Shown here piece by piece: positions 9,452-19,415 of a stretch of DNA of 64,000 nucleotides. Position numbers and translations under genes: made by a program. Every line of letters starts with the position of its first letter. The first letter of the stretch is position 1. The stretch comes from Planctomycetota bacterium (lineage in GTDB: Bacteria; Planctomycetota; GCA-002687715; CAIWVZ01), in contig JBGANV010000001.1 of NCBI GenBank assembly GCA_044222185.1, positions 480,001 through 544,000 of the forward strand, in the 5' to 3' direction. Under the pieces are notes generated by a model. That model had not been told where the DNA came from. It searched no databases and saw only the letters and a list, made by a program, of their open reading frames with translations.

Positions 9452-10801
9452 ATGCCACGGCCCGTGCGATCCGCGCGATCGTCCCTTCCTGCGAGCCTCG
9501 TCCTGGTCCTGGGAGTCCTCGTTTGGACTGGCTGCGCCCAGTCCGTCGTCCTCAAGGCGGCGACGATCGACGACGCCTGGAGCCAACGACCCGACGGACT
9601 TCGCATCCAAGCGGGCGCGCGCATCCTCCGCATGCGGGTCGACGGCGACGGGACCCGGGACGTCAGCTCGGTCGTCCTCCCAGCGGGCACGATGATCTTT
9701 TCGGAGCACCCCCAGTCGGTGTCCGCGTGGACGCGGACCGGGGGCGTCGCGACCGTCGCTTCGGCCGCGACGGACTGGACCACCTCCCACAATCGCACGC
9801 CCGTGCCGGTGGCCACGGACTCCAGAGCCGGTCGCTCCGCCGCCGACGTGCCGTTGCCGACGTCGCTGATCCACGCGATCCGCGTTCCCACGCTCCCCGC
9901 ATGCCTGGGGTGGAATTGGTGCGTGAACGACGACGGAGTCTCGCTCGTGGAGAAGGGCGGATCGCGCGTGGAGTGGCCGGGCGGCGGCCGCCACGTAGAC
10001 CGTTCGGGGTTCGGTCTCGTGGCACGCGTACGCGATACGTCACGGCTACCGTTCGTGTTCACGATCCGGACCCCGGGCGCGGAGTGTGGGCTGGTCGAGG
10101 AAGCAGGCGGTTTCGTGCTCGTTCGTGCGGGGGAGCGTCGTCCTCTACCTCCCGTGCCCATCGAGGCTGCGGGCGAGATCGCGGGCTTTGCGTGGATCGT
10201 TCCCCCGATCGCCGGCGACTTGGATGGGGATGGGACCGACGACTTCGTTCGCGTCGACTGTTCGAAGGGTGTCGTCAGCGTCCAATGCGGCCTCGGCGCC
10301 CCCACGATCCCGCCACCGTCGACGGTCAAACTGGGGAGCCCGATCATCGGCGCCGGGCTTGCGGACCTCGTCGACGACGCGCGCCCCGAGCTGTTCGTCG
10401 TGCGGCTCCCGGCGATGAACCCGCTCCAGCAACTGTCCATCCTCACCGAGGGGAGAGTGCTCGCGACCGTGATCGCCTACCGCGTCGACGGCGGCGGCGT
10501 GCTTCGATCGACACCGGCGCTGTCGCGATCGGTCATGCTCGGCCTGACGGTGAGCGTGCGCGACGACGAGCGGCACGGGCGTTTCACGACGCTGGCGTTG
10601 CCCACGCGGCGTGGCGTCATCGTCTCGAGACCAGCGGCCCGTGCGGAACGACTTCCGTGGGACGGCGGCGGCGGCGAAACTCTCGGCGAGGTGCCGGACG
10701 GTACGTGGAGCGAGCGCGTGCCTCCGGTGATCGTGGGAGATTCGACCTTCGCGGTGCTCGAGACGGCGAGCGAAGCCCGGCTCGTGCGTTTCGCGCATTG
10801 A
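9452..10801 (+). CDS. FG-GAP/VCBS-repeat putative lipoprotein
   Basis: Signal ending in VWTGC; DGDGTRDV, DLDGDGTDDF, DLVDDARPEL. Confidence 0.65.
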   Translation: MPRPVRSARSSLPASLVLVLGVLVWTGCAQSVVLKAATIDDAWSQRPDGLRIQAGARILRMRVDGDGTRDVSSVVLPAGTMIFSEHPQSVSAWTRTGGVATVASAATDWTTSHNRTPVPVATDSRAGRSAADVPLPTSLIHAIRVPTLPACLGWNWCVNDDGVSLVEKGGSRVEWPGGGRHVDRSGFGLVARVRDTSRLPFVFTIRTPGAECGLVEEAGGFVLVRAGERRPLPPVPIEAAGEIAGFAWIVPPIAGDLDGDGTDDFVRVDCSKGVVSVQCGLGAPTIPPPSTVKLGSPIIGAGLADLVDDARPELFVVRLPAMNPLQQLSILTEGRVLATVIAYRVDGGGVLRSTPALSRSVMLGLTVSVRDDERHGRFTTLALPTRRGVIVSRPAARAERLPWDGGGGETLGEVPDGTWSERVPPVIVGDSTFAVLETASEARLVRFAH

Positions 10802-10808
10802 GGCAGGG

Positions 10809-11618
10809 TCAGCTCTGGAAGTCGCGCCGCCGGAACACGATCCCCGCGACGACGACGGCCAGCGTCCCGCACGCGAACGGGATGGCGACGGAATGCAGGA
10901 GGAACCCTCCACCGCGCGTGCCTTCCACGCCGGTGAGGATTCCCTCCGAGAGTTGGCTCACGGTCGCGATCGACTCGACGGCGGCGTGCGTGAAGAGCCA
11001 GCCCTGAGCCGCGCCCGCGAAGGCATCCGCCAGGAACGGACTCAGGGCCGCGACCAGGCCGAGCACGGCGGCGGTGGCGGCATCCTCGAAGATCGCACTC
11101 AGCGCCAGTCCGATGAGCGGCGCGCACAGGATCGCCGGGAACGACAGCAGGATCAGCCGCGGAACGTCCCGCCGCAACTCGGCGGCACCGACGAGCTCGG
11201 CCGTGGCCTCGCCTTCGCCGTAGGTGATCGCGCCGAAGTCATCGGCGATCGCGGCGCACACCGTCGCCGTGATGATGGCCACGGCGTACGCGAGGGCCAT
11301 CCCACTGACGAGCGTCGTGGCGCGCGACACGACGATGGCCGTCCGCGACACGGGCCGCATCATGATCCCGCGCAGCGCGCCGCTCGCCGCATCTCCGGCG
11401 AGCGAGACTGCGCCTATCACGGCTCCGAACGCCAGCTCCAATGGAACGAGGAGCCGCACGGATTGGGCCAGCTTCCACCACGCGCCGCTTCCTTCGTGCT
11501 CGGCGGAGATCGCGATCAAGGCGGCCGCTCCGATCCCCGCAGCGATCACGGTCCGGTACAGCGGGCGGCTGACGAGAAGCCGGAAGTCGAGACGAAGCAA
11601 TCGCGTCACCCCGATCAT
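10809..11618 (-). CDS. ABC-2 type transporter permease
   Basis: About 6 TM segments; G.LR..MMRPVSR motif; ATGA-coupled to the ATPase. Confidence 0.85.
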   Translation of the reverse strand: MIGVTRLLRLDFRLLVSRPLYRTVIAAGIGAAALIAISAEHEGSGAWWKLAQSVRLLVPLELAFGAVIGAVSLAGDAASGALRGIMMRPVSRTAIVVSRATTLVSGMALAYAVAIITATVCAAIADDFGAITYGEGEATAELVGAAELRRDVPRLILLSFPAILCAPLIGLALSAIFEDAATAAVLGLVAALSPFLADAFAGAAQGWLFTHAAVESIATVSQLSEGILTGVEGTRGGGFLLHSVAIPFACGTLAVVVAGIVFRRRDFQS

Positions 11619-12514
11619 GCGCCGTTCTCACTGCCGAGCACCAGTTGTTCGAGAGAGAGCCGCTGCGGGACGATGGCATCGACGCGGCACTCGGCGTTCG
11701 TGAGGGCGAGAGCCACGTCCGGTCGTGGGCCTGGAGCGAGATCGAGGACGAGCGCGGCACCGTCGTTCCGAACGACGCCGAATCGCGAGAGCGCACGGGC
11801 TGCGGACTCGCGGGGTGTGGCCTCGACGCGGATGGATCCCGTGGGCGCCAGGAGTTCGGCGAGCGATCCCTCGGCGACGAGCCTGCCGGCTCGAATGACG
11901 CCGATGCGAGTCGCGAGTTTCTCCACCTCTCCGAGGAGGTGGCTGGATATCAGCACCGTGAGTCCACGCTCCCGGTGCAGGCGTGCGAGAGATTCACGGA
12001 GTTCGGCCACGCCCTCCGGGTCGAGGCCGTTGGTCGGTTCGTCCAGGATGACGATCTCCGGGGCACCGAGGAGTGCAAGCGCGAGGCCGAGGCGCTGCTT
12101 CATACCGAGTGAATAGCCGGACACCCGCCGGTTTGCGGCTGCGACGAGATCGACTTCCGCCAGCACGCTCTCGATGTGCGACTTCGCGACGGGTCCCGAA
12201 AGGCGTGCGAGGGCGGCCAGGTTCTCGCGTCCCGTCAGGCGCCCGAAAAATGACGGCCCGTCGATCATCGCAGTCACGCGGCGCAATTGATGCGGCGCCA
12301 CGCAATCGCGCGTCTCTCCCGCGAGAGTGATCGTGCCGGAGGTGGGGCGAATGAGCCCCATCAGGATGCGCAACGTCGTCGTCTTGCCCGCGCCGTTCAG
12401 TCCGACGAATCCATAGAGCGCACCCTTCGGAACCGTGAGGTCGAGGCCGTCGACGGCGCGCACGTCACCGTAGGACTTGCAGAGTTGATGCGTCGCGAGT
12501 GCGGTTTCGGACAT
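11615..12514 (-). CDS. ABC transporter ATP-binding protein (BcrA-like)
   Basis: Walker A GLNGAGKTT, signature YSLGMKQRLGLA, LDEPTNGLDP, SSHLL. Confidence 0.95.
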   Translation of the reverse strand: MSETALATHQLCKSYGDVRAVDGLDLTVPKGALYGFVGLNGAGKTTTLRILMGLIRPTSGTITLAGETRDCVAPHQLRRVTAMIDGPSFFGRLTGRENLAALARLSGPVAKSHIESVLAEVDLVAAANRRVSGYSLGMKQRLGLALALLGAPEIVILDEPTNGLDPEGVAELRESLARLHRERGLTVLISSHLLGEVEKLATRIGVIRAGRLVAEGSLAELLAPTGSIRVEATPRESAARALSRFGVVRNDGAALVLDLAPGPRPDVALALTNAECRVDAIVPQRLSLEQLVLGSENGA

Positions 12515-12532
12515 GGGTTTGCAGCGCGTCGG

Positions 12533-12562
12533 AGTGTAGGGAGCGCGAGCGCAGACTATCAA
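12533..12562 (-). promoter_or_regulatory. Putative sigma70 promoter of the ABC pair
   Basis: Minus strand TTGATA-N18-TACACT, 18 nt before the ATG. Confidence 0.45.
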
Positions 12563-12719
12563 GTTCGATGGTGGGGACGCCGATAGTGGTGAGCGACAGG
12601 CGGGAGGACACCGAGAGGCGGACTCGCATCGCTGCGACGGATCAGGCGTGCAGCGAACCAGACAACGAGGGTGTTGTCGCGACCACCACTCCAGGCCCTG
12701 CTTGCCGTGTATCGCACAG

Positions 12720-12867
12720 TGGAAGTGCCGGGGTCGTGCCAGGTCACGTAAAGACTTTCTGACTTTCCCTCTTCTATTCCCTTTTCCTTCTTCTCCAGAA
12801 AGCTCTTCCTCGGCACTTCCATCTTCCTTCCTCCCGTGAGGCGCGCCCGTCGCCCGCTGGAAGGAAG
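12720..12867. other. Structured intergenic element with a polypyrimidine/polypurine tract (candidate ncRNA)
   Basis: Nested inverted repeats 12720-12733/12808-12821 and 12755-12761/12796-12802; further pair 12823-12831/12859-12867. Confidence 0.4.
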
Positions 12868-13088
12868 TCGAGGTCCACGCCCCCGCGAAGACCTCGAACC
12901 CGGGGCCTTGCCCTTGGCCTCGCACCCGAGACCCTCGTGGCGCGTCTTTCGACCCGGCCGGTGCGCATTCCGTCCCGAGGGCATCCGGACGTCCCCCCGT
13001 CGCGTACACTCGTCGGCTCGGCTACGGAGCCTGGGCGACGGCACTCGATGGGCCGACCGCGCTCCGGTCGAATGAAGGAGACGACTCG

Positions 13089-13697
13089 ATGAACCTCTTG
13101 ATCAAGGGAACGACTTGCGTGGCTCTGCTGGTGACGGGGATGGGACTGGGTTCGCTCACGCGCGGACCACAGGACGCGCCGAAGAAGGACGCACCGAAGC
13201 AGGACGCCGGCAAGGCGGACATGGGAATGCCGGCACCGGAAGTGACGCCCGAGCACAAGTGGCTCGCGCTCGGCGCGGGTACGTGGAAGTCGGCCGCGAA
13301 GTTCTACATGCCCGACGGAAGCGTCATGGCGCAGTCCGGCAAGCAGGTCAACACCATGCAGACGGGCGGGCTGTGGCAGACGATCGATTACCGCTCGGAT
13401 GACGGCACGTTCCACGGCAACGGCATCGCAGGCTACGACCCCGTGAAGAAGAAGTTCACGTCCGTTTGGGCCGACTCCATGGCCCCGTTCCTCATGACCG
13501 GCGACGGGACGCTCGACGCCTCGAAGAAGATCCTGACGATCGACCAGCAGGGATTCGACGCGATGGCCGGCAAGGTCGTCAAGATGCGCGAGACGCTCGA
13601 GCGCAAGGACGACACCCACGTCCACATGGAGATGCACGGCGCGGGTCCGGACGGCAAGGAGATGAAGATGTTCGAGATCGATTACACGAAGATGTGA
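13089..13697 (+). CDS. Secreted DUF1579-family protein
   Basis: AAGGAG RBS; signal peptide; PEHKWL...GTW, G..GYDPVKKKFTSVWADSM, MFEIDYTK. Confidence 0.85.
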   Translation: MNLLIKGTTCVALLVTGMGLGSLTRGPQDAPKKDAPKQDAGKADMGMPAPEVTPEHKWLALGAGTWKSAAKFYMPDGSVMAQSGKQVNTMQTGGLWQTIDYRSDDGTFHGNGIAGYDPVKKKFTSVWADSMAPFLMTGDGTLDASKKILTIDQQGFDAMAGKVVKMRETLERKDDTHVHMEMHGAGPDGKEMKMFEIDYTKM

Positions 13698-13770
13698 GTG
13701 GAAGGTCAGACGGGGGCCGAGCGTCGCGCCTGACTTCGGCCGCCGCGTTTCCTGCGTACGATCATCGCCA

Positions 13771-15195
13771 ATGGCCGGCGACGCAGCCTTCGATCTCCTG
13801 CGATCCGCACGCCGCATGCGACAAATCGGTCGCGCGCGGCGTCGCGTCGTCATGGGGCTTGCCTTGGGCGGGCCCGGTGCCGTGGCACTCGTCGTCTACG
13901 CCCGAACGACGTCCGCGCCCATCGACTCGGTTGTGCGGACCTGGGCCGTCGCGTGGCTCGCGATCGCAGGGCTCTGTGTCCTCGTTGGCGTGATCACGCG
14001 CTTCTTCGCCAACGCCGGCCTGGGGCCCATGGCGCGTGAAATCGACCGGCGCGGCGAATGGCACGGTCTGTTCGAAGCCACGCTGTTCCTGCTCGAGGAG
14101 GTGGGCGACTCGTCTCCGGCTCTGGCGCCCGTGGTGATCGCGCGCGCGGACGAAGCCGCGCGCGTCGTCACCCCGCCCAGGCCCGGTTGGCTCCCCGCGT
14201 GGCCCATCCGGCGCACGGCCTACTTCCTGTTGATCTCGCTCGCGCTCGCGGTGCTGCCCGGTGGTGCCGACGGACGATCGTTCGGAATCGGTGCGCGAGG
14301 TGAGGACGCTGCGGCGACCGACCCGACGCGGCCCACGCCGGTGAAGAGCCCGAGACGGCAACCGACCGAGTCGCAGCCAGAGGACGTCCGCCCCGAGCTG
14401 TCGGAAGTCGCGCAGCTCACGCTCGTCAGCGACCACGACATCTACGGCCTCGGCGACGAGATCACGCTGACGCTGCGACTGACGGCCGTGCATGCGTTTC
14501 CGCAGCAGGTTCCGGTCGAGGTCGTCCTCGCGTTGACCGACGGACTGCCTTCGCCAGACGTGGGTTTCGGGGAAGGGTTCCACCCCGTCCCGCTCGATCT
14601 TTCGTGGGCGTTGCCGGCGGCAGCCGGCGAGAAGGTCACGCAGAGCTTCCCGGTGAAGGGGACGCTGGAAGCGCTCCACCTGCATCGTCCGGGACTGATC
14701 ACGGCGTTCGCCGCGGCGCGGGTTCGCGACGACGATGCCCCCGTGTCGAGCGGGCTCGTCTCGAACCAGATCACCTTCCAGATCGCCGAGCGGAAAGAGG
14801 ATCAACGACTGCACAAGCCGACGCCGTTCGGTCAGCAGTCACAGCGCGAGAAGCAGAAGCCCGAGAAGAAGCCCGAACCACCCGAGCCAGGCGGGGCGAA
14901 CAAGAAGCCCGAACTGGGAGACAAAGAACCGATCCCGGATTTCAAACGAGTCCCGAGCCTGGTGCAGCCGCTCGTGAACGACGGGCCGTCCACGACGAAG
15001 GACGTGGACGTCTACGATCGCGAACCGGGGGGACTGCCTCCGGCGGTGCCGACTCCGCCGCCACCCCCCGCGGCCACCGACCGGACGTTCCTGCGCCGTG
15101 TCGAGGTTCCGCAACTGCGCCCGGACCTGACGCCAGTCGAGCGACGCGTGCTCAAGGGTTACTTCGACCGGATTCGCCAAGGCAGCGCGCGATGA
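13771..15195 (+). CDS. Hypothetical membrane protein (N-terminal TMs, Ig-like middle, Pro/charged tail); first gene of the DUF58/BatA operon
   Basis: Three hydrophobic segments; C-terminal 'ERRVLKGYFDRI' resembles tails of DUF4175-like proteins in MoxR/vWA operons; ATGA-coupled to DUF58. Confidence 0.65.
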   Translation: MAGDAAFDLLRSARRMRQIGRARRRVVMGLALGGPGAVALVVYARTTSAPIDSVVRTWAVAWLAIAGLCVLVGVITRFFANAGLGPMAREIDRRGEWHGLFEATLFLLEEVGDSSPALAPVVIARADEAARVVTPPRPGWLPAWPIRRTAYFLLISLALAVLPGGADGRSFGIGARGEDAAATDPTRPTPVKSPRRQPTESQPEDVRPELSEVAQLTLVSDHDIYGLGDEITLTLRLTAVHAFPQQVPVEVVLALTDGLPSPDVGFGEGFHPVPLDLSWALPAAAGEKVTQSFPVKGTLEALHLHRPGLITAFAAARVRDDDAPVSSGLVSNQITFQIAERKEDQRLHKPTPFGQQSQREKQKPEKKPEPPEPGGANKKPELGDKEPIPDFKRVPSLVQPLVNDGPSTTKDVDVYDREPGGLPPAVPTPPPPPAATDRTFLRRVEVPQLRPDLTPVERRVLKGYFDRIRQGSAR

Positions 15196-16076
15196 AAGCG
15201 GCTTCCGAGTCGCTGCTCTCGCCGGAGTTCATCGCGCGCCTCGAGCGGCTCGAGCTCAACATCCGGCGCTTGCAGGCCGGCGATCGGCGCGGCGACAATC
15301 CGGTCAACCGGCGAGGTCCCGGCACCGTGTTCCGGGGCCATCGGACCTATGCCGCGGGCGACGACCCGCGCTTCATCGACTGGAACGCATTTCTGCGCCT
15401 CGATGAACTCGTCGTGAAGGAGTTCGACGCCGAGGAAGTCCCGCGCGTCACCGCGTTCCTCGACGTCAGCGCGTCGATGGGTACGTCCGGTGGACGGAAG
15501 TTCGAGCAGGCGCGCCGTCTGGTGGCGGCGCTCGGGTTCGTCACCCTCGCCCGGCACGGTGCCGTCCGCGTCGTTCCCGTTCCGAGACCCCATCCCACCG
15601 AGACCTGGGTCGGGCGGAGTCACCTCCACGGGTTCCTCCAAGAGATCGCCCAAATGGAGCCGGCTGGCGGCACATCGTTCCTCCGCACGTTCCAGAGCGC
15701 ATCGCCGCCCGGGCGACGTCCCGGGTTGGCCCTGATCGCGAGCGACTTCCTGGACGTGGGCGAGTATCGGCAGGGTCTGCGATTTCTCAGAAAGCGGGGC
15801 CACCAGGTCGAGGCGCTCCACGTGTTCGATCCGCTCGAGGTCGCTCCGCAGTTGCGCGGCGTCGTCGAACTCGTCGACGTGGAGACGGGGCGCCGCCTGC
15901 GCGAGGACATCAAGCCGGAGTTGCTCGAGCGCTACCACGAAGTCGTCGAGGCCCATTTCACCGAGATCGCATCCGCGTGCCGGTCGCTCGGCGTCGGGTA
16001 TCACCGACTGGACGCGACGATCCCGCTGGAGCAGCTCGTCTTGTCCGTCCTTCGCGGACGGGCCGTGGTCTCATGA
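15192..16076 (+). CDS. DUF58 domain protein (vWA-like, MoxR-associated)
   Basis: G..F..HR.Y..GDDPRFIDWN, VKEF, LDVSASMG, LIASDFL. Confidence 0.92.
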   Translation: MKAASESLLSPEFIARLERLELNIRRLQAGDRRGDNPVNRRGPGTVFRGHRTYAAGDDPRFIDWNAFLRLDELVVKEFDAEEVPRVTAFLDVSASMGTSGGRKFEQARRLVAALGFVTLARHGAVRVVPVPRPHPTETWVGRSHLHGFLQEIAQMEPAGGTSFLRTFQSASPPGRRPGLALIASDFLDVGEYRQGLRFLRKRGHQVEALHVFDPLEVAPQLRGVVELVDVETGRRLREDIKPELLERYHEVVEAHFTEIASACRSLGVGYHRLDATIPLEQLVLSVLRGRAVVS

Positions 16077-17881
16077 GCGTCGTCCTCCAGTGGTTCGGCT
16101 GGGCCGGGTTCGAGCGACCGCAGTGGCTCGTGACGCTCTGGGCGGTGCCGCTGCTGATCCTCCTGTACTTTCTGCGTCGCCGGGCGGTCAGGCAGGATGT
16201 CCCGTTCCTCGTGTTCTGGGACCGCGTGTTCGCATCGCGTCGGCGCAGGCCGAGCGCGTGGCGCACGGTGATCTCGCTCCTCCTCCAGCTCGTCATCCTC
16301 GTCGCCGCGGCGCTCGCGGCCGCAGGGCCGTTCGCGGAGAGCGATTCGACGACGCCGATCCACACGATCCTGGTCCTCGATCGCAGTCTGCCGTGCGCCG
16401 CGCGGGGCACGCGGACCCTGGCCGAGGACGTGATCGCGACCGCCGTCGATCTGCTTCCTCGGCTCGCGAACGATGGGAGCGTACGCGTCGTGCTCGCGGG
16501 CGACGCCCTCGTTCCTCTGACGGCCGACGACACGCCCCTCGCCGACCTGGCGGAACGGGTCGCGATGTCCGGCCCTCCGGCAGGCGCCGGGGTTTCGCAG
16601 GACGTCGTCACGCTCGCACGGAGCGTCGACGGGGAAACCCGGGTGGTGTTCGTCACGCCCTTCGAGGTGAAGACGGGCGACCCGCCGCCACCGCGCCTCG
16701 TCGTCGTGCCCGCAGGGCCGTCGCCGCTACCCAAGAACGGAGGAATCCGCCGCGTCGAGCGGTCTCCTGACGGACGACGGCTCTCGGTCGTCGTGGAGCA
16801 CGGCGGCAGCGCGAGGACTCTCCACATGTACGCTGCCGAGGTCGTCGTCGGCACGTTCAACCTGCCGGCCTCCGCGGAACCGTCCGCCGAGGTCTCGTTC
16901 AACATCCCGGTCGGTGCCTCGATGGCTCGGCTTCGGCTCGACCCGCCAGATGCCCTGCCGGAGGACGACATCGCCGACCTGGTGCTGGACCGCGGCGCCG
17001 CGCTCTCCGTGCTCATCGCGGCCGATCGACCCACGCCTCTGCTCGACGCGGCGCTCGTGAGCACGGACGTCGTGGATACGGCGCGGTCGGGGAGGGCGTC
17101 GCTCGCCCGCGTGGCCGACCTCGCTCGAAACTTCGACGTGACGATCCTCCTTGAGGCCAAGGGCGACATCCCGTTGCGTGCGGGGTCGTGGATCCTCATC
17201 GACGCGACGGCGCCCGAGGCGCCGCTCGTCCGCGAGTCGTCCATGGGCGAGGCTCGGGCCACGTCGCGAACGGACGGCGTCCCCTGGCTTTCGGCGCTCG
17301 ACCCAGCGGAGTGGAAGATCCACCGCATGGCGTCGTGGAAGGCTCAAGAGGGGGCCGAGGTGCTCGTCGCGGGATCGCGGGGCCCACTCGTCACGCGGTT
17401 TGCGACCGGCGGCGTGCGCGGCGTCGCGTTCTCCGTCGCGCCTGACATGGCGGCATCGACGCTGCCGCTGCTGCCGGCGTTTCCGCTGATGCTGCGAGGC
17501 GCTCTGCTCGAAGTGGGGCGTCGGGACCGGAAGGAGCCGGTCCTCGTGACGCGTTTGGGCTCGCACCTGCCATTGTCGATCGACGAGGCCGCGGCGTTCA
17601 CGGACGCCACCGGCGGACTCGTCGGGTTGGTGCGCTCGCCCGACGGCGCCGGATTCCTCGCGCCACGGCGACCGGGACGCTACATGGCCGCCGGGTCGGA
17701 GTTCGCCGTGGCATGGCTCGATCATCCGGCGCTCGCGGCGAGGCCGCCGGCCCGCGCCACCCCGTGGGTCGAGCCAGCGCGTCGATCCGTCCGGAAGCCG
17801 CTCGCGGGGACGGTGTTGCTGGCAGTGGTCGCGCTGCTCGTCCTCGAGTGGTGGACGTACCACGCGGCGTGGACCGAGTGA
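16073..17881 (+). CDS. BatA (aerotolerance regulator N-terminal) / vWA-like membrane protein
   Basis: P.WL..L.AVPLLILLYFLRRR...PFL.FW...LLLQL....LAAAGP; LVLDRS; C-terminal LLVLEWW TM. Confidence 0.85.
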   Translation: MSVVLQWFGWAGFERPQWLVTLWAVPLLILLYFLRRRAVRQDVPFLVFWDRVFASRRRRPSAWRTVISLLLQLVILVAAALAAAGPFAESDSTTPIHTILVLDRSLPCAARGTRTLAEDVIATAVDLLPRLANDGSVRVVLAGDALVPLTADDTPLADLAERVAMSGPPAGAGVSQDVVTLARSVDGETRVVFVTPFEVKTGDPPPPRLVVVPAGPSPLPKNGGIRRVERSPDGRRLSVVVEHGGSARTLHMYAAEVVVGTFNLPASAEPSAEVSFNIPVGASMARLRLDPPDALPEDDIADLVLDRGAALSVLIAADRPTPLLDAALVSTDVVDTARSGRASLARVADLARNFDVTILLEAKGDIPLRAGSWILIDATAPEAPLVRESSMGEARATSRTDGVPWLSALDPAEWKIHRMASWKAQEGAEVLVAGSRGPLVTRFATGGVRGVAFSVAPDMAASTLPLLPAFPLMLRGALLEVGRRDRKEPVLVTRLGSHLPLSIDEAAAFTDATGGLVGLVRSPDGAGFLAPRRPGRYMAAGSEFAVAWLDHPALAARPPARATPWVEPARRSVRKPLAGTVLLAVVALLVLEWWTYHAAWTE

Positions 17882-17908
17882 CGTTCGCGGGGCGCTTGCC
17901 GCCGGCCG

Positions 17909-17937
17909 TTGAAAGGTCGCGCGTCGGCCAATAACTT
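17909..17937 (+). promoter_or_regulatory. Putative sigma70 promoter of guaBA (leaderless-type)
   Basis: TTGAAA-N17-TAACTT-N5-ATG; no SD. Confidence 0.55.
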
Positions 17938-17942
17938 CCGCA

Positions 17943-19412
17943 ATGAAAGACTCCGAGTTTCCGCTGGGGATCACGTACGACGATCTCCTGATCCTCCCCG
18001 GGTACAGCGAGAAACTGCCGACCGAGATCGAAACCCGCTCGCGCGCCACGCGCAAGATCGACGTCAACGTGCCGATCCTGTCGGCCGCGATGGACACGGT
18101 GACCGGCTCGGCGCTCGCCATCGCCCTCGCCAAGGAGGGTGGCGTCGGGATCATCCACAAGAACTTCCCGCCCGAGGCGCAGGCGCGCGAGGTCGAGAAG
18201 GTCAAGCGTTCGGCGCATGGCGTCATCAGTGATCCCGTCACGCTCACGCCCACCGCGCGGGTGGCCGAAGCGCGCGCGCTGATGGCCGAGCATCACGTGA
18301 GCGGCATCCCGATCGTCGAAGGGCGACGAGTCGTCGGCATCCTCACCAAGCGCGACCTCCGGTTCCAGCGCGACGAGACGACGCCCGTTCGCGACATCAT
18401 GACGTCGGCCGAGCGGCTGGTCACGGCGCCGCGTGGAACGACGCTGGATGACGCCAAGCACATCCTGCACCGGAACAAGGTCGAGAAACTCATCCTCACG
18501 CACCCGAACGGCGATCTCGCCGGTCTGATCACCATTCGTGACATCGACCTGTGGGAGAAACACCCGAACGCGTGCAAGGACGCCCGGGGGAGTCTGCGCG
18601 TCGGAGCCGCCGTCGGCGTCCACGACCTCAATCGGGTCGAGAAACTGCTCGCCGCCGGCTGCGACCTCGTCGTCGTCGACACGGCGCACGGACACAGCAA
18701 GAACGTGATCGAGACGGTGCGCGCGGTGAAGCAGAAGTTCCCGACCGTCGAACTCGTGGCGGGGAACGTCGCCACCTACGAGGGTGCGATGGCGCTCCTG
18801 GACGCTGGCGTGGACGCGGTGAAGGTGGGAATCGGGCCAGGTTCGATCTGCACGACGCGCGTCGTCACCGGAATCGGTGTGCCGCAGGTCACGGCGATCA
18901 CGGAGGCCGTCCGTGCCGCGGAGCGGTTCGACGTCCCGGTGATCGCGGACGGCGGCATCAAGTTCTCGGGCGACATCACGAAGGCTCTCGCCGTCGGTGC
19001 TTCGACCGTCATGATCGGCAGCTTGTTCGCTGGATGCGAGGAGAGCCCCGGTGAGGTCGTCATCCTGAAGGGGCGCGCCTACAAGGACGTTCGAGGCATG
19101 GGATCGCTCGGTGCCATGGTCTCCGGTTCGAAGGACCGGTACGGCCAGCAGAACGTCAAGGACGACAAGAAGCTCGTGCCCGAGGGAATCGAGGGGCGGG
19201 TGCCGTTCAAGGGCCCGCTCGCCACGTACCTCTATCAGCTCGTCGGCGGGCTCCGGGCGGGAATGGGATACGTCGGAGCGACGACGATTCCCGATCTGCG
19301 CCAGAAAGCACGGATGGTTCGCGTCACCGCCGCCGGACTTCGCGAGAGCCATCCGCACGACGTGATGATCACGAAGGAAGCCCCCAACTACGGCTTGGAC
19401 CACGAGGCCTGA
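17943..19412 (+). CDS. guaB: IMP dehydrogenase
   Basis: [11 protein letters not shown] pair, VDTAHGHS, catalytic [35 protein letters not shown]. Confidence 0.98.
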   Translation: MKDSEFPLGITYDDLLILPGYSEKLPTEIETRSRATRKIDVNVPILSAAMDTVTGSALAIALAKEGGVGIIHKNFPPEAQAREVEKVKRSAHGVISDPVTLTPTARVAEARALMAEHHVSGIPIVEGRRVVGILTKRDLRFQRDETTPVRDIMTSAERLVTAPRGTTLDDAKHILHRNKVEKLILTHPNGDLAGLITIRDIDLWEKHPNACKDARGSLRVGAAVGVHDLNRVEKLLAAGCDLVVVDTAHGHSKNVIETVRAVKQKFPTVELVAGNVATYEGAMALLDAGVDAVKVGIGPGSICTTRVVTGIGVPQVTAITEAVRAAERFDVPVIADGGIKFSGDITKALAVGASTVMIGSLFAGCEESPGEVVILKGRAYKDVRGMGSLGAMVSGSKDRYGQQNVKDDKKLVPEGIEGRVPFKGPLATYLYQLVGGLRAGMGYVGATTIPDLRQKARMVRVTAAGLRESHPHDVMITKEAPNYGLDHEA

Positions 19413-19415
19413 TCG

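Noticed and set aside
7588-11007. Very long overlapping ORFs (952, 753, 547 aa) suggesting bidirectional coding
   Set aside because: They are antisense read-through of the two divergent FG-GAP genes in stop-poor GC-rich DNA. Real coding starts are near 9093 (-) and 9452 (+).
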